Origin: a virus
Lineage: Duplodnaviria; Caudoviricetes
Direction: 5' to 3' (one strand)
Length of the DNA: 64,000 nucleotides
IMG/VR virus record: IMGVR_UViG_2597490289_000004
Span: 34,317 to 98,316 of that record
Positions 20,910-29,921 of the stretch are shown here, one piece after another. Under the pieces are notes generated by a model. That model was not told the DNA's origin, did not search any database, and saw only the letters and a list, made by a program, of their open reading frames with translations. A program made the translations under genes and the position numbers. How positions within the stretch are numbered: the first letter of the stretch is position 1; the number at the start of each line of letters is the position of its first letter.

Positions 20910-21080
20910 AAATATACAAGATTTAATTAATTACCTTGAAGCAGTAAAAGCAGAAAGTGGAAATTATACAGAAGTTAGAGTTGATGGATGCGTTGTAGAA
21001 GAATTTGAAGATTATATAGAAGTAGATCATGTAAAAGACTATGTTGATTTTGTAACACCTAGCAGAATTTAGGTGAGAGC

Positions 21081-21536
21081 ATGAAAAAATTATTCGTTAA
21101 ATACAATGATGGAAGTGGTACAACTTATACTATGGAAAATCGTGTAGATCATGAGAAATATGTATATAAACACATTAATGTTCCTGGGATAGAATCAATA
21201 ATTTTACAACAATATCCTAAATCAAAGTATGAGCCAGTTGTTTATATATATCATGGATTTTGTAAAGATGGGCAGAAGGAAATGTTGAAATACGATATTG
21301 ATTGGTATTTAGCATTTCAAGGGAATGTAAGTACATCTCTTATAAACAGATTAACAAATACATTAGGGTTAGATGAACATGATGCAGTACCTTATAGTAA
21401 TGCTGATTTAACTTATAAAATTAAAAGAAGTTTAGATATAATGATGCCTGTAATTTTAACAAAATGTATAGGGCATAAGATAGATGCTTTTAGAGATTGT
21501 GGAGTTAATAAATTTATAATTAAAATATCAAATTAA
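21081..21536 (+). CDS. Hypothetical protein
   Basis: RBS AGGTG. Confidence 0.65.
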   Translation: MKKLFVKYNDGSGTTYTMENRVDHEKYVYKHINVPGIESIILQQYPKSKYEPVVYIYHGFCKDGQKEMLKYDIDWYLAFQGNVSTSLINRLTNTLGLDEHDAVPYSNADLTYKIKRSLDIMMPVILTKCIGHKIDAFRDCGVNKFIIKISN

Positions 21537-21599
21537 ATTAGCAATATGCAGAAGGTGAATTTATAAAAAGCAAAAATGGCGAATAAATGAGGTGTGGAT

Positions 21600-21767
21600 A
21601 TGTTCGGTTTAATGTATAAATTATCAGTAAAGTTTCTGATATGGGACTTAAAAAGATTGGGTATAAATGATTTAGAAATAGTAATTAGAAGTGATGGAAA
21701 GACAGTTTATAAAAGAAATAAAGAAAGAGAAAAAAGCATTAAAAGAACATTAGATTTAATAAGGTAA
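21600..21767 (+). CDS. 55-aa hypothetical protein
   Basis: RBS GAGGTG; stop abuts boundary site 21768. Confidence 0.55.
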   Translation: MFGLMYKLSVKFLIWDLKRLGINDLEIVIRSDGKTVYKRNKEREKSIKRTLDLIR

Positions 21768-21796
21768 TTCACAATATGTAGAAAGGACGAAGCAAA

Positions 21797-22033
21797 ATGA
21801 CATTAGCTATGAAGATAAATAGAAAATTTACTAAGTGGAGATTGGAAAATACATTTACTCGAAAAGAAAGGCTTAAATGTAAAAAAGACGCTAATAGAAC
21901 TATAAAAAAAATCAAAAAGTGGAGAAAACTAATGAAGAATAAAAGCTTTGGAATTATAAATGAAGTTAATTGTAAGGCAATAATAAGATTAGCAAATAGG
22001 GGAAATAAATCGCAAAGAGAATTAAAAAGTTAG
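21797..22033 (+). CDS. Basic hypothetical protein
   Basis: Flanked by boundary sites 21768 and 22034. Confidence 0.55.
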   Translation: MTLAMKINRKFTKWRLENTFTRKERLKCKKDANRTIKKIKKWRKLMKNKSFGIINEVNCKAIIRLANRGNKSQRELKS

Positions 22034-22143
22034 TTCACAATACTAAGCCAGGATGAAAGACTGAATAGAGAATGAAGCTGCAGCTATAGTTGTAAAACTT
22101 CATTCTCAATAAATAATCAATTTCACAAGGGGAGGAAAGAATA

Positions 22144-23151
22144 ATGAGCAACTTAAACGAAGAAGTATCGATAAAATTAGTGGGAAAATTAACATTGTTA
22201 TTACCTTTTTTAGAACAGAAATTAGATATGCAACTGGAAGTTAAGAAAGTTATAGATGAGACTTTGTATAACTATGAAGTACAAACTAAGTGTACAGATT
22301 TAGTTTGCAGTGATATAGAAGAAAAGGCTCAGCTATACCTTGCATGTAAGAAACTAGAAGGTTTAAGCAATAAGACATTATATAATTACAAATTGTTTCT
22401 TAATAAGCTAGACCAGTATTTTACTAAACCATGTAGCACAATTGCAACAATGGACTTAAGAATGTTTCTAGGATTATTAGGAAAAGGGAAACAAGCTAGT
22501 ACTATTAATGGGTATATCACTTATTTAAAGAACTTTTTCGGATGGTTGCAGAATGAGGAATATATAATTAAAAATCCTGCCTTTAAATTAAAGCAAACTA
22601 AAGTTCCTCGAGTAATTTTACAGGGATATAAGGCAGAAAACTTAGAGAAATTAAGAGAAGCCTGTAAAACGGAAAGGGAAAAATGTCTTTTTGAACTATT
22701 AGATTCTACAGCTTGTAGAATATCTGAGATAGATAATATTACTTTAGATGATATTAATTGGTCCGAGCAGAGTATAAAAGTCACTGGAAAAGGAAATGCA
22801 CAAAGAATAGTTTATTTTTCTACTAAAGCTAAATTGCATATTCAGCAGTATATAAGTACAAGAAAAGGAGAATCAAACTATTTGTTTATATCAGAAAAAG
22901 CACCATATCAAGCAATAGGTACAAGAGCTTTGCAACTAATTATAAAAAAGATAAAAGATAGGACAAATGTAACAGAAAGGGTTCATGCGCATAAGTTTAG
23001 AAGGACTCAGGCGACTAGGCTATTAAATAGTGGAATGAGGATTGAAGGAGTACAAGGTATATTAGGACATACTACTCCAACTACAACTCAGATTTATGCA
23101 CAACTTTCACAAGAAAATTTGAAAAATGAATATAGAAGATTAGTAGTTTAA
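22144..23151 (+). CDS. XerD-like tyrosine recombinase (internal, not the integration enzyme)
   Basis: ACRISE, GKG, HAHKFRR, LGH, TQIY catalytic set; SAM-like N-domain. Confidence 0.9.
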   Translation: MSNLNEEVSIKLVGKLTLLLPFLEQKLDMQLEVKKVIDETLYNYEVQTKCTDLVCSDIEEKAQLYLACKKLEGLSNKTLYNYKLFLNKLDQYFTKPCSTIATMDLRMFLGLLGKGKQASTINGYITYLKNFFGWLQNEEYIIKNPAFKLKQTKVPRVILQGYKAENLEKLREACKTEREKCLFELLDSTACRISEIDNITLDDINWSEQSIKVTGKGNAQRIVYFSTKAKLHIQQYISTRKGESNYLFISEKAPYQAIGTRALQLIIKKIKDRTNVTERVHAHKFRRTQATRLLNSGMRIEGVQGILGHTTPTTTQIYAQLSQENLKNEYRRLVV

Positions 23152-23181
23152 ATTTATTAATAATAGAAAGGAAGAATAAAA

Positions 23182-23583
23182 ATGGAAAACATAATTAATT
23201 TAGAAAAGTTTGCTGAAGGAGCATTAGCTGAAAAAGTTAATATTGCACTTAAGGAGGTATTAAGTAATATAGCAGATCCTAATACAGATTGGAAAACAAA
23301 AAGAAAATTAACAATAGATATTACATTTGAATCACAAGAAGATAGACAATTAGCTTTATTGGATATTAAAACAAAGAAAAAGCTTGCAGAGCCAAAGAGT
23401 ATTGGGACAAGAATTATTATAGATACAGATGGAAAAGGTGGAATATTAGCTTCAGAATATAAAAAGCAAATTCCAGGACAATCAACAATGAGAGTTGATG
23501 AAGAAACTGGAGAAATAGTAACAACTGCAGAAGAAAAAGCAAATGATCTAATAGACTTAAATGGTATCAAATTAGTTAAATAA
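23182..23583 (+). CDS. Conserved phage protein
   Basis: NIADPNTDWKTKRKLTI; commonly paired with next gene. Confidence 0.7.
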   Translation: MENIINLEKFAEGALAEKVNIALKEVLSNIADPNTDWKTKRKLTIDITFESQEDRQLALLDIKTKKKLAEPKSIGTRIIIDTDGKGGILASEYKKQIPGQSTMRVDEETGEIVTTAEEKANDLIDLNGIKLVK

Positions 23584-23652
23584 TTAAATCTATATAGCCA
23601 TGGCAAGGGGCTTAAACCTTGCACATTAATTAAGAAAAGGTGGAAATAAAAA

Positions 23653-24366
23653 ATGAGAGAACAAGAAGCATTACAATACTTAGTACAATTAGGAGAAGAA
23701 AGTGAACCAATAATTGAATTAGATCAAGGAACTTATTCAAGAGTTGATTTAAATAGAGTTAAACAACCAAAGGCACAAGGATTAAGCATTAGTACATTAA
23801 CAGGATTCGTAGATTACATTAAGAGCAATATAGATGCAATAGACACTAAATTATTAATACATGTTGCATCACATAAAAGAGTTGACTTATATGGACCATT
23901 AAATGCAGATAGAGAAAGAGAATGTTATTTAGTAGCAGGAGCAGAGCTACCAACTAATATTAGATATGAGCAATTTTTAGATACAGAGCAATTTAATATT
24001 ATGTTACAAAGTTCATTTTCAGATAAAGGGGACAAGGAAGTTTTATTAAAATATACAGGACTTGTGAGAGATGAAGCTGTAAAAACTACTGGTGATGATG
24101 GAATAAGTCAAAAGGTAACAGTAAAAACAGGAGTTGCAAGTGTAGCTGAAGCTGTAGTACCTAATCCAGTAAGTTTAGCACCATATAGAACATTCCCAGA
24201 GATAGAACAACCTTTAAGTAAATTTATATTTAGAATGAAAGATGGTCCAAGAGCAGCAATTTTTGAAGCTGATGGAGGGGCATGGAGAAATACAGCTATA
24301 TTAAGAATTAAAGAATACTTAAAGGAAGCACTAAAAGAAAATGAAAACATTGAAATAATAGCATAG
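23653..24366 (+). CDS. Conserved phage protein
   Basis: PNPVSLAPYRTFPEIEQP, EADGGAW. Confidence 0.75.
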   Translation: MREQEALQYLVQLGEESEPIIELDQGTYSRVDLNRVKQPKAQGLSISTLTGFVDYIKSNIDAIDTKLLIHVASHKRVDLYGPLNADRERECYLVAGAELPTNIRYEQFLDTEQFNIMLQSSFSDKGDKEVLLKYTGLVRDEAVKTTGDDGISQKVTVKTGVASVAEAVVPNPVSLAPYRTFPEIEQPLSKFIFRMKDGPRAAIFEADGGAWRNTAILRIKEYLKEALKENENIEIIA

Positions 24367-24409
24367 GAAAATGGGAGGGGTAAAACTCTCCTAGAAAAAA
24401 GGAGAAGAT

Positions 24410-24901
24410 ATGGCTAAGAATTCAGGAAAAATATTTGAAGAAGATATAAAAAACTCAATACCTAAAAATCAAGATTTCTTTTATTACAGATTTATAGATA
24501 ATGCAGCTTCATTTAGTGGTGGAGATAATGTCAGATTCACTTCACACAACCTATGTGACTGCATGACAATGACAAAGGATAAATTATACCTTATGGAATT
24601 AAAAACCCATACAGGGGCAAGCTTACCACTATCATGCATAAGGGAAAATCAAATAGATGGTATGGCAAAGATAAATCATCCAAATATGAAAGCAATATTT
24701 ATTATTAACTTTAGAGAAAAAGAAAAAACTTATGCGATAGAAGCAGATAAATTAGAAAAATATATACAAACATCTAAAAGAAAAAGTATTCCCATTAGTT
24801 TCTTAGAAGAATGTGGAGTTGAAATAATAGGTACTAAGAAAAAAGTACATTACAGATATGATTTAGAAAAGTATTTTGAGGAGGACAATGATAATGAATA
24901 A
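24410..24901 (+). CDS. RecU-like Holliday junction resolvase
   Basis: GKIFEED...CD...MELKT PD-(D/E)xK motif, IRENQ. Confidence 0.8.
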   Translation: MAKNSGKIFEEDIKNSIPKNQDFFYYRFIDNAASFSGGDNVRFTSHNLCDCMTMTKDKLYLMELKTHTGASLPLSCIRENQIDGMAKINHPNMKAIFIINFREKEKTYAIEADKLEKYIQTSKRKSIPISFLEECGVEIIGTKKKVHYRYDLEKYFEEDNDNE

Positions 24902-25307
24902 AGTGGTATTAATAGGAAGATTAACAAAGGATCCAGAACTAAAATTTACACCAGGAGCAGGAACAGCAGTTACTACATTAACATTAGCAGTTGATAAGTA
25001 TAATTCTAAATCTGGTCAAAAAGAAGCGGACTTTGTACCTGTAGTTGTATGGGGTAAACAAGCTGAAAGCACAGCAAATTACATGGTCAAGGGTAGTCAA
25101 ATGGCTATAAGTGGAAGAATACAAACTAGGAACTATGAAGCTAAAGACGGTACTAAGAGATACGTTACAGAAGTAGTTGCTACAGAAGTTCAGTTCTTAA
25201 GTAAATCAAATGATTCAAGTGGCGGAAATACATCATCTAGTCCTTTTGATAGTGGAAACTTTGAGGCAGATATAAATCCTGTGGATGATGGAGATTGTCC
25301 TTTCTAG
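24894..25307 (+). CDS. ssb: Single-stranded DNA-binding protein
   Basis: MNKVVLIGRLTKDPEL, acidic tail DDGDCPF. Confidence 0.95.
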   Translation: MNKVVLIGRLTKDPELKFTPGAGTAVTTLTLAVDKYNSKSGQKEADFVPVVVWGKQAESTANYMVKGSQMAISGRIQTRNYEAKDGTKRYVTEVVATEVQFLSKSNDSSGGNTSSSPFDSGNFEADINPVDDGDCPF

Positions 25308-25316
25308 AAGGCAATT

Positions 25317-25517
25317 ATGAGTAAATATCTTTGGGTAGCAGTAAGCCCAGATAAGTATGAACTTCCACTAGTAGTTGAAGATACATCTAAAAAACTAGCA
25401 GATAAATTGAAAGTAACTGATGGATGTATAAGAGCATCGGAATATAATTATAGAAAAAGAAACAAGGGAAAGTATGAATCAAAATGTGATATAAGGATAA
25501 TTAAGATTTTAAGATAA
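25317..25517 (+). CDS. Hypothetical phage protein
   Basis: DKYELPLVV motif. Confidence 0.6.
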   Translation: MSKYLWVAVSPDKYELPLVVEDTSKKLADKLKVTDGCIRASEYNYRKRNKGKYESKCDIRIIKILR

Positions 25518-25604
25518 CTAAATAGAGAATAAGAGCAAATAGCAATATGGTTATAAGTTCTTATTCTCAAATAAAAATCAATTTCAAGAGAGGGAGTAAT
25601 AAAA

Positions 25605-25856
25605 ATGAAGGATTATGTAGAAAATAGGGTAAAGGAAGTAGCTGAATTTACAGTAGAAACTAAATCTACTGTAAGAAATACTGCAAAAACATTTATGTAT
25701 TCAAAATCTACAATATATAAAGATTTAACAGAACGTTTAAGTAATATAGATCCAGTTTTATATAACCAAGTACACAGCGTATTAGTAGAAAATAAATCTC
25801 AAAGACATATTAGAGGTGGAAAGGCTACTCAAAGTAAATTTAAGGGGTTGATGTAG
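25605..25856 (+). CDS. spoIIID: SpoIIID-like sporulation transcription regulator
   Basis: MKDYVENRV...TVR..AK.F..SKSTIYKDLTERL...RHIRGGKAT. Confidence 0.9.
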   Translation: MKDYVENRVKEVAEFTVETKSTVRNTAKTFMYSKSTIYKDLTERLSNIDPVLYNQVHSVLVENKSQRHIRGGKATQSKFKGLM

Positions 25857-26176
25857 TGGAAAAATTGAATTTAAGTATACAACTTAAAAATATAGACTTA
25901 ACAGAAATAAATATAGTTGAGCAAATGAATAAATCTGATGAAGAAAGAAAAGAGCTTGAGGATGCAATTTTATTATATACAACTAAGAAAAGTAACAATG
26001 AAGATAAACAAGAAATTGAAAATGAAAGAAATCATGTTATAGAGGAATTTTGGGACACAGTACAATCAAACTTAGGAGTATTAGATAAGTTAGGAATAAA
26101 TGCACAAGAAGTAATGGAAGGTTATTCTAAGCATTTAGTTAAGTTGGAAGATAGACCTAGAGTTAAGGAGGATTAG
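25856..26176 (+). CDS. MazG-like nucleotide pyrophosphatase
   Basis: DEERKEL ... IEEFWD acidic helices. Confidence 0.5.
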   Translation: MEKLNLSIQLKNIDLTEINIVEQMNKSDEERKELEDAILLYTTKKSNNEDKQEIENERNHVIEEFWDTVQSNLGVLDKLGINAQEVMEGYSKHLVKLEDRPRVKED

Positions 26177-26179
26177 TTA

Positions 26180-26584
26180 ATGGAATATATAAGTGAAGAA
26201 CAATTTTTAAAACAACCTAAGGAAATTCAAAAAGTGTTTATTGATTGGTGGAAACCAAGCACAGGGGATTTGTTTATAGATATATCAAAAATAGATTCAG
26301 ATGTTGATATTGTTTATTGTGTCCCTATTAATAACAAGCATTTTGAAAACTATAACGGTGAGATACATTATAAAATAGATTCTATTCCTTTATTAAGTGA
26401 AGGACAACTTAGAAAGTGTATTGAGGATAAGACAAATTGTTATATAAGTTGTTCACCAACATATAAATGTGATGGATATGATATTACTATTTTAGGAATT
26501 GTAGAAGATACTTACACTATTAAAACAGATAATTTACTTGAAGCCTATTGGAAAGTAGCTTGTGAAATTGCAAAGGAGGAATAA
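26180..26584 (+). CDS. Hypothetical phage protein
   Basis: WWKPSTGDLF, IPLLSEGQL. Confidence 0.65.
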   Translation: MEYISEEQFLKQPKEIQKVFIDWWKPSTGDLFIDISKIDSDVDIVYCVPINNKHFENYNGEIHYKIDSIPLLSEGQLRKCIEDKTNCYISCSPTYKCDGYDITILGIVEDTYTIKTDNLLEAYWKVACEIAKEE

Positions 26585-26761
26585 CTTATGTCTCCAAAAG
26601 AATTAGCAGAAAAAACAATTAGAGATATAGCAGCTAGGAGAGAAAGAGCTGATAGAGAATTTTATGCTTATCAAAAAGAAAGTGGAGTAAGAAGAAAAAA
26701 ATCTTCTAATGTAAGATACGGTGGATATAGGTGGTAATCCTAATAAATTAGGAGGGATAGG

Positions 26762-27286
26762 ATGCAAAAATATAAAAGAATACTTTATAAGGAAACAGAA
26801 GATAAATTATATAAATACTTCAATAGAGATAGAATATATAGAGGCTTGAATAGTCAATTAATTGTATTAAATAAACAGATAGATCAACTAAACAATGAAC
26901 TAAAAGATTGCAAGTATATCAATGTAGATGAGGAATCATCATCACCAAGTTTTGACGAAAGAGTACAAACATCATCTAGTTGTACAAGTTATGTTGAAAG
27001 CCAAGTAATTAAATTAACAGATATGAAGTTAAGAAGAAAAGAAAAAAAGGAACTGGAAAGAGAAAATATATTAAGTCAATTAGGTGATCTTGAATCAATA
27101 GTAGTAGAAATGGAATGGAAAGTAGGACAACTTAGGGACAATTATAAAAAAATGCTTTCCATGGTATATAAGGACAACATGAATGAAGTTCAAATATCTT
27201 TTAAATTGCATCTAAGCCAAAGCCAAGTGAATAAGAGAAAGAATAAGATACTAGAGCATATATTCATGTGGGAGAAATGGAATTAG
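26762..27286 (+). CDS. ArpU/RinA-like late transcription activator
   Basis: ERVQTSS motif, C-terminal sigma-4-like HTH; end of early region. Confidence 0.7.
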   Translation: MQKYKRILYKETEDKLYKYFNRDRIYRGLNSQLIVLNKQIDQLNNELKDCKYINVDEESSSPSFDERVQTSSSCTSYVESQVIKLTDMKLRRKEKKELERENILSQLGDLESIVVEMEWKVGQLRDNYKKMLSMVYKDNMNEVQISFKLHLSQSQVNKRKNKILEHIFMWEKWN

Positions 27287-27312
27287 GTAATATGTATAAA
27301 GTGTGAAGGAGA

Positions 27313-27540
27313 GTGATAAATTTGAAAAATAAAAATCTAAGTGTAAATAAAGAATTATCTTTGAAAGAAAAAATTGAATATGTAAATGAATTAGGAGGAA
27401 AAGACCCTACATTAAACCTTTTAATAAACTTAGAAAATCAAGGATTAGGTAATATATCTGTAACTGAAATATTAGATTCTATAGCAACTAATACAAAAGT
27501 TGAATTACCAAATAGAAAACGTAGTTTGATAATAGAATAA
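27313..27540 (+). CDS. Hypothetical protein
   Basis: RBS AAGGAG; flanked by boundary sites 27284 and 27544. Confidence 0.55.
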   Translation: MINLKNKNLSVNKELSLKEKIEYVNELGGKDPTLNLLINLENQGLGNISVTEILDSIATNTKVELPNRKRSLIIE

Positions 27541-27872
27541 TCCTACGCAATACTAAGTTAATATGAGGTGGATATGAAGAAAAATGAAATATTAAAGGAA
27601 ATTGATAAGAAGATACAATTTATTGAAAAGCAACAAGGAACATTAGAATCATATCAAATTGGAATGATATATGGATTAAAATTAGCTAAAGAAACTGTAA
27701 AAGAGTTTAAACGAGGAAAGTGAAACCATGGAATAAAAAAGGAATAAAAGAAGAATAATTTTCTAAGATTAAAGCTTTAAAATAGTAAGTGTAAAGAATT
27801 AAATTTAAACCTCTCATAAATTTAAAATACCCTGTATTACTTAGGTTGTATGGGGTATTTTTGTTATGTTTA

Positions 27873-27968
27873 TAGACCAGTAGGGTTTTATCCTCCTAAT
27901 TAATTTAAATGTGAAAGGTAGGTGTAAACCTCCAGACACAATATATAGTACATCAACTCTACTGGTTT
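27873..27968 (+). ncRNA. Candidate structured RNA with two CCTCC motifs
   Basis: ACCAGTAGGGTT pairs with AACTCTACTGGT, enclosing about 70 nt. Confidence 0.35.
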
Positions 27969-28022
27969 TATTTGTTATATATTAGAAAATAATGTATAAT
28001 AATCGAGAAAGTGGGGTTAAAC

Positions 28023-28187
28023 ATGATTAAAAGCGAATATGGAACATTGAAAACAGCAGTGGAGCCAAATAAAATAAAAACTCAGGTAAAAAGAGAAAAT
28101 AAAATAATGACACAAGTAAAAAGTGATAAAATAAAAACCCAAGTTAAAGGGGATAGAATAAGAACTCGAAGAATAAAGGAACTCTAG
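28023..28187 (+). CDS. 54-aa basic repeat peptide (KIKTQVK repeats)
   Basis: TTGTTA-17-TATAAT promoter at 27972-28000, RBS GGGG, downstream hairpin. Confidence 0.6.
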   Translation: MIKSEYGTLKTAVEPNKIKTQVKRENKIMTQVKSDKIKTQVKGDRIRTRRIKEL

Positions 28188-28233
28188 AAATAGGGTTCCT
28201 TTTTAATGCAATAAATTGAGGTGATAAAGCTAT

Positions 28234-28917
28234 GTGAAATGTGATAGAAATAAACTTAAAGATATACTTAAGGTTAATTTAAATACTTTAAAGCAGATAG
28301 AAAGAAGAAACAATCTACAGATAAGACTTAAAAAGATTGGTTATGATCTCGTAGATAAGCACAAAGAAAAAAATAAGTATATCTATGAGATAAAGAAAAC
28401 TACTGATGAATCATACAAGAAACTTAAAAGTATAATCAGCAGTACTTATAACTCTAATAGAGCAGATAAGTTTGTAACCTACTTTAATATAAGAACATTA
28501 GAAGAACCTAACACAGTAAGAGATATTGCAACAGCATCTGATGTTACAGAAAAAACAATAATAAAGTGGGATAATACTCTCCAAGATAAAAGAATACTTT
28601 CAAAAGATGGTTATTACTACTTTAGATTATGCAAAGATACTAGAGAAGTACAACAATGCACTATAGAAGAATACAAATCTTTCTGGAAGAACAAAGCTTA
28701 TATAAATGCTTTTTATCAACTCCAAAGCAAATACATGAATGGAGAAATAACACTTACAGAGTTGCGGTTAGCTTCAGGAGAAATAGCTGTAATAATAAGT
28801 ACTATAGAAAATAAGTATTACTTCAAGGTTAAAAAATATAAAGTTAATAAGGAAAATGAGTTATACATGGAAACTAAGAATTTAATAGATGAAATAGAAA
28901 CTAGAGCATTGGAATAA
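28234..28917 (+). CDS. Hypothetical DNA-binding protein (winged-helix-like)
   Basis: TVRDIATASDVTEKTIIKW; N-terminus shared with next gene. Confidence 0.6.
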   Translation: MKCDRNKLKDILKVNLNTLKQIERRNNLQIRLKKIGYDLVDKHKEKNKYIYEIKKTTDESYKKLKSIISSTYNSNRADKFVTYFNIRTLEEPNTVRDIATASDVTEKTIIKWDNTLQDKRILSKDGYYYFRLCKDTREVQQCTIEEYKSFWKNKAYINAFYQLQSKYMNGEITLTELRLASGEIAVIISTIENKYYFKVKKYKVNKENELYMETKNLIDEIETRALE

Positions 28918-28983
28918 CAGTACAAGTTATTGTTATCTTACCAATGTTCTTTTTGTTTTAATGGAAAGAAGGGTGTTAGCTAA

Positions 28984-29661
28984 ATGCTTAAAACAGACAG
29001 AAATGGTTTAATGAAAATACTTAATATTAATAAAAATGCATTAAAGCAAATTGAACGCAGAAATACATTAGGAAAAAGATTAAATCTTAAAGGTTATAAA
29101 CTTTTAGCTAAAGATAAAATGGGATTAACCAATGTCTATTATATTGAAGAATATGAATTTATAGAAGACAAACCTAGTAATAAAGCGATTATGACTAAAA
29201 AAGAAAAGAGAAGGATATATAGAAAGAGATATGAGAAAAAGCACAAAGAACAAGTTAAAGAACGCAGAAGAAAATACAGCAGAACTAATAGTTTTATAAA
29301 TTCAACAAAAATATATCAGAACAATAGGCGAGCAAGAGAAAAATACAATCAATATAATAGCATAACACTAGAACAATGGAAAGAATGTTTAAGATTTTTT
29401 GATAATAAATGTGCATACAGTGGCGAACAAAAAGAAGATGATCGATTATCATTAGATCATGTATTAGCATTAAGTAATGATGGTGATAATTTAATTTATA
29501 ATGTAGTGCCAGCAATTAATAAATATAATATAAACAAAGGTGAAAAACTATTTTTGCCATGGTATAAAAAACAATCTTTCTTTAGTGAAGAACGTCTTAA
29601 TAAAATATATGAGTGGCAAATATATGCTAAAAATAAATTTAAACAAAAGGGTACATTTTAA
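28984..29661 (+). CDS. HNH endonuclease
   Basis: CAYSG...SLDHVLALS..G.N...NVVPA...NINKG. Confidence 0.8.
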   Translation: MLKTDRNGLMKILNINKNALKQIERRNTLGKRLNLKGYKLLAKDKMGLTNVYYIEEYEFIEDKPSNKAIMTKKEKRRIYRKRYEKKHKEQVKERRRKYSRTNSFINSTKIYQNNRRAREKYNQYNSITLEQWKECLRFFDNKCAYSGEQKEDDRLSLDHVLALSNDGDNLIYNVVPAINKYNINKGEKLFLPWYKKQSFFSEERLNKIYEWQIYAKNKFKQKGTF

Positions 29662-29921
29662 AGGTATAACTACAAGGTATATATTAATACATATACTGTA
29701 GTTTACCCCGAAAAATGAACCCTTTTTATAATGCTATTTATATTAATTCATATATACTTATTAGCTTATATAAGAAGGTATTAAATTAGATGATTAATTA
29801 TATTAGAAAGTATTTAAAGACTTTCTATGGACTTAATAGATAAGTAAAAACACAGTATATTAATATGTAATCCATATAAATAAAACTGTAAATATGTAAG
29901 TAAATGAAATGAGGTGATATT

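Noticed and set aside
22144-23151. Tyrosine recombinase as boundary of a second nested prophage
   Set aside because: Co-oriented within the early operon with no repressor or att duplication nearby
19173-27567. CRISPR array or DGR explanation for the repeats
   Set aside because: Repeats are degenerate and separated by whole genes; no cas or reverse transcriptase gene in the window
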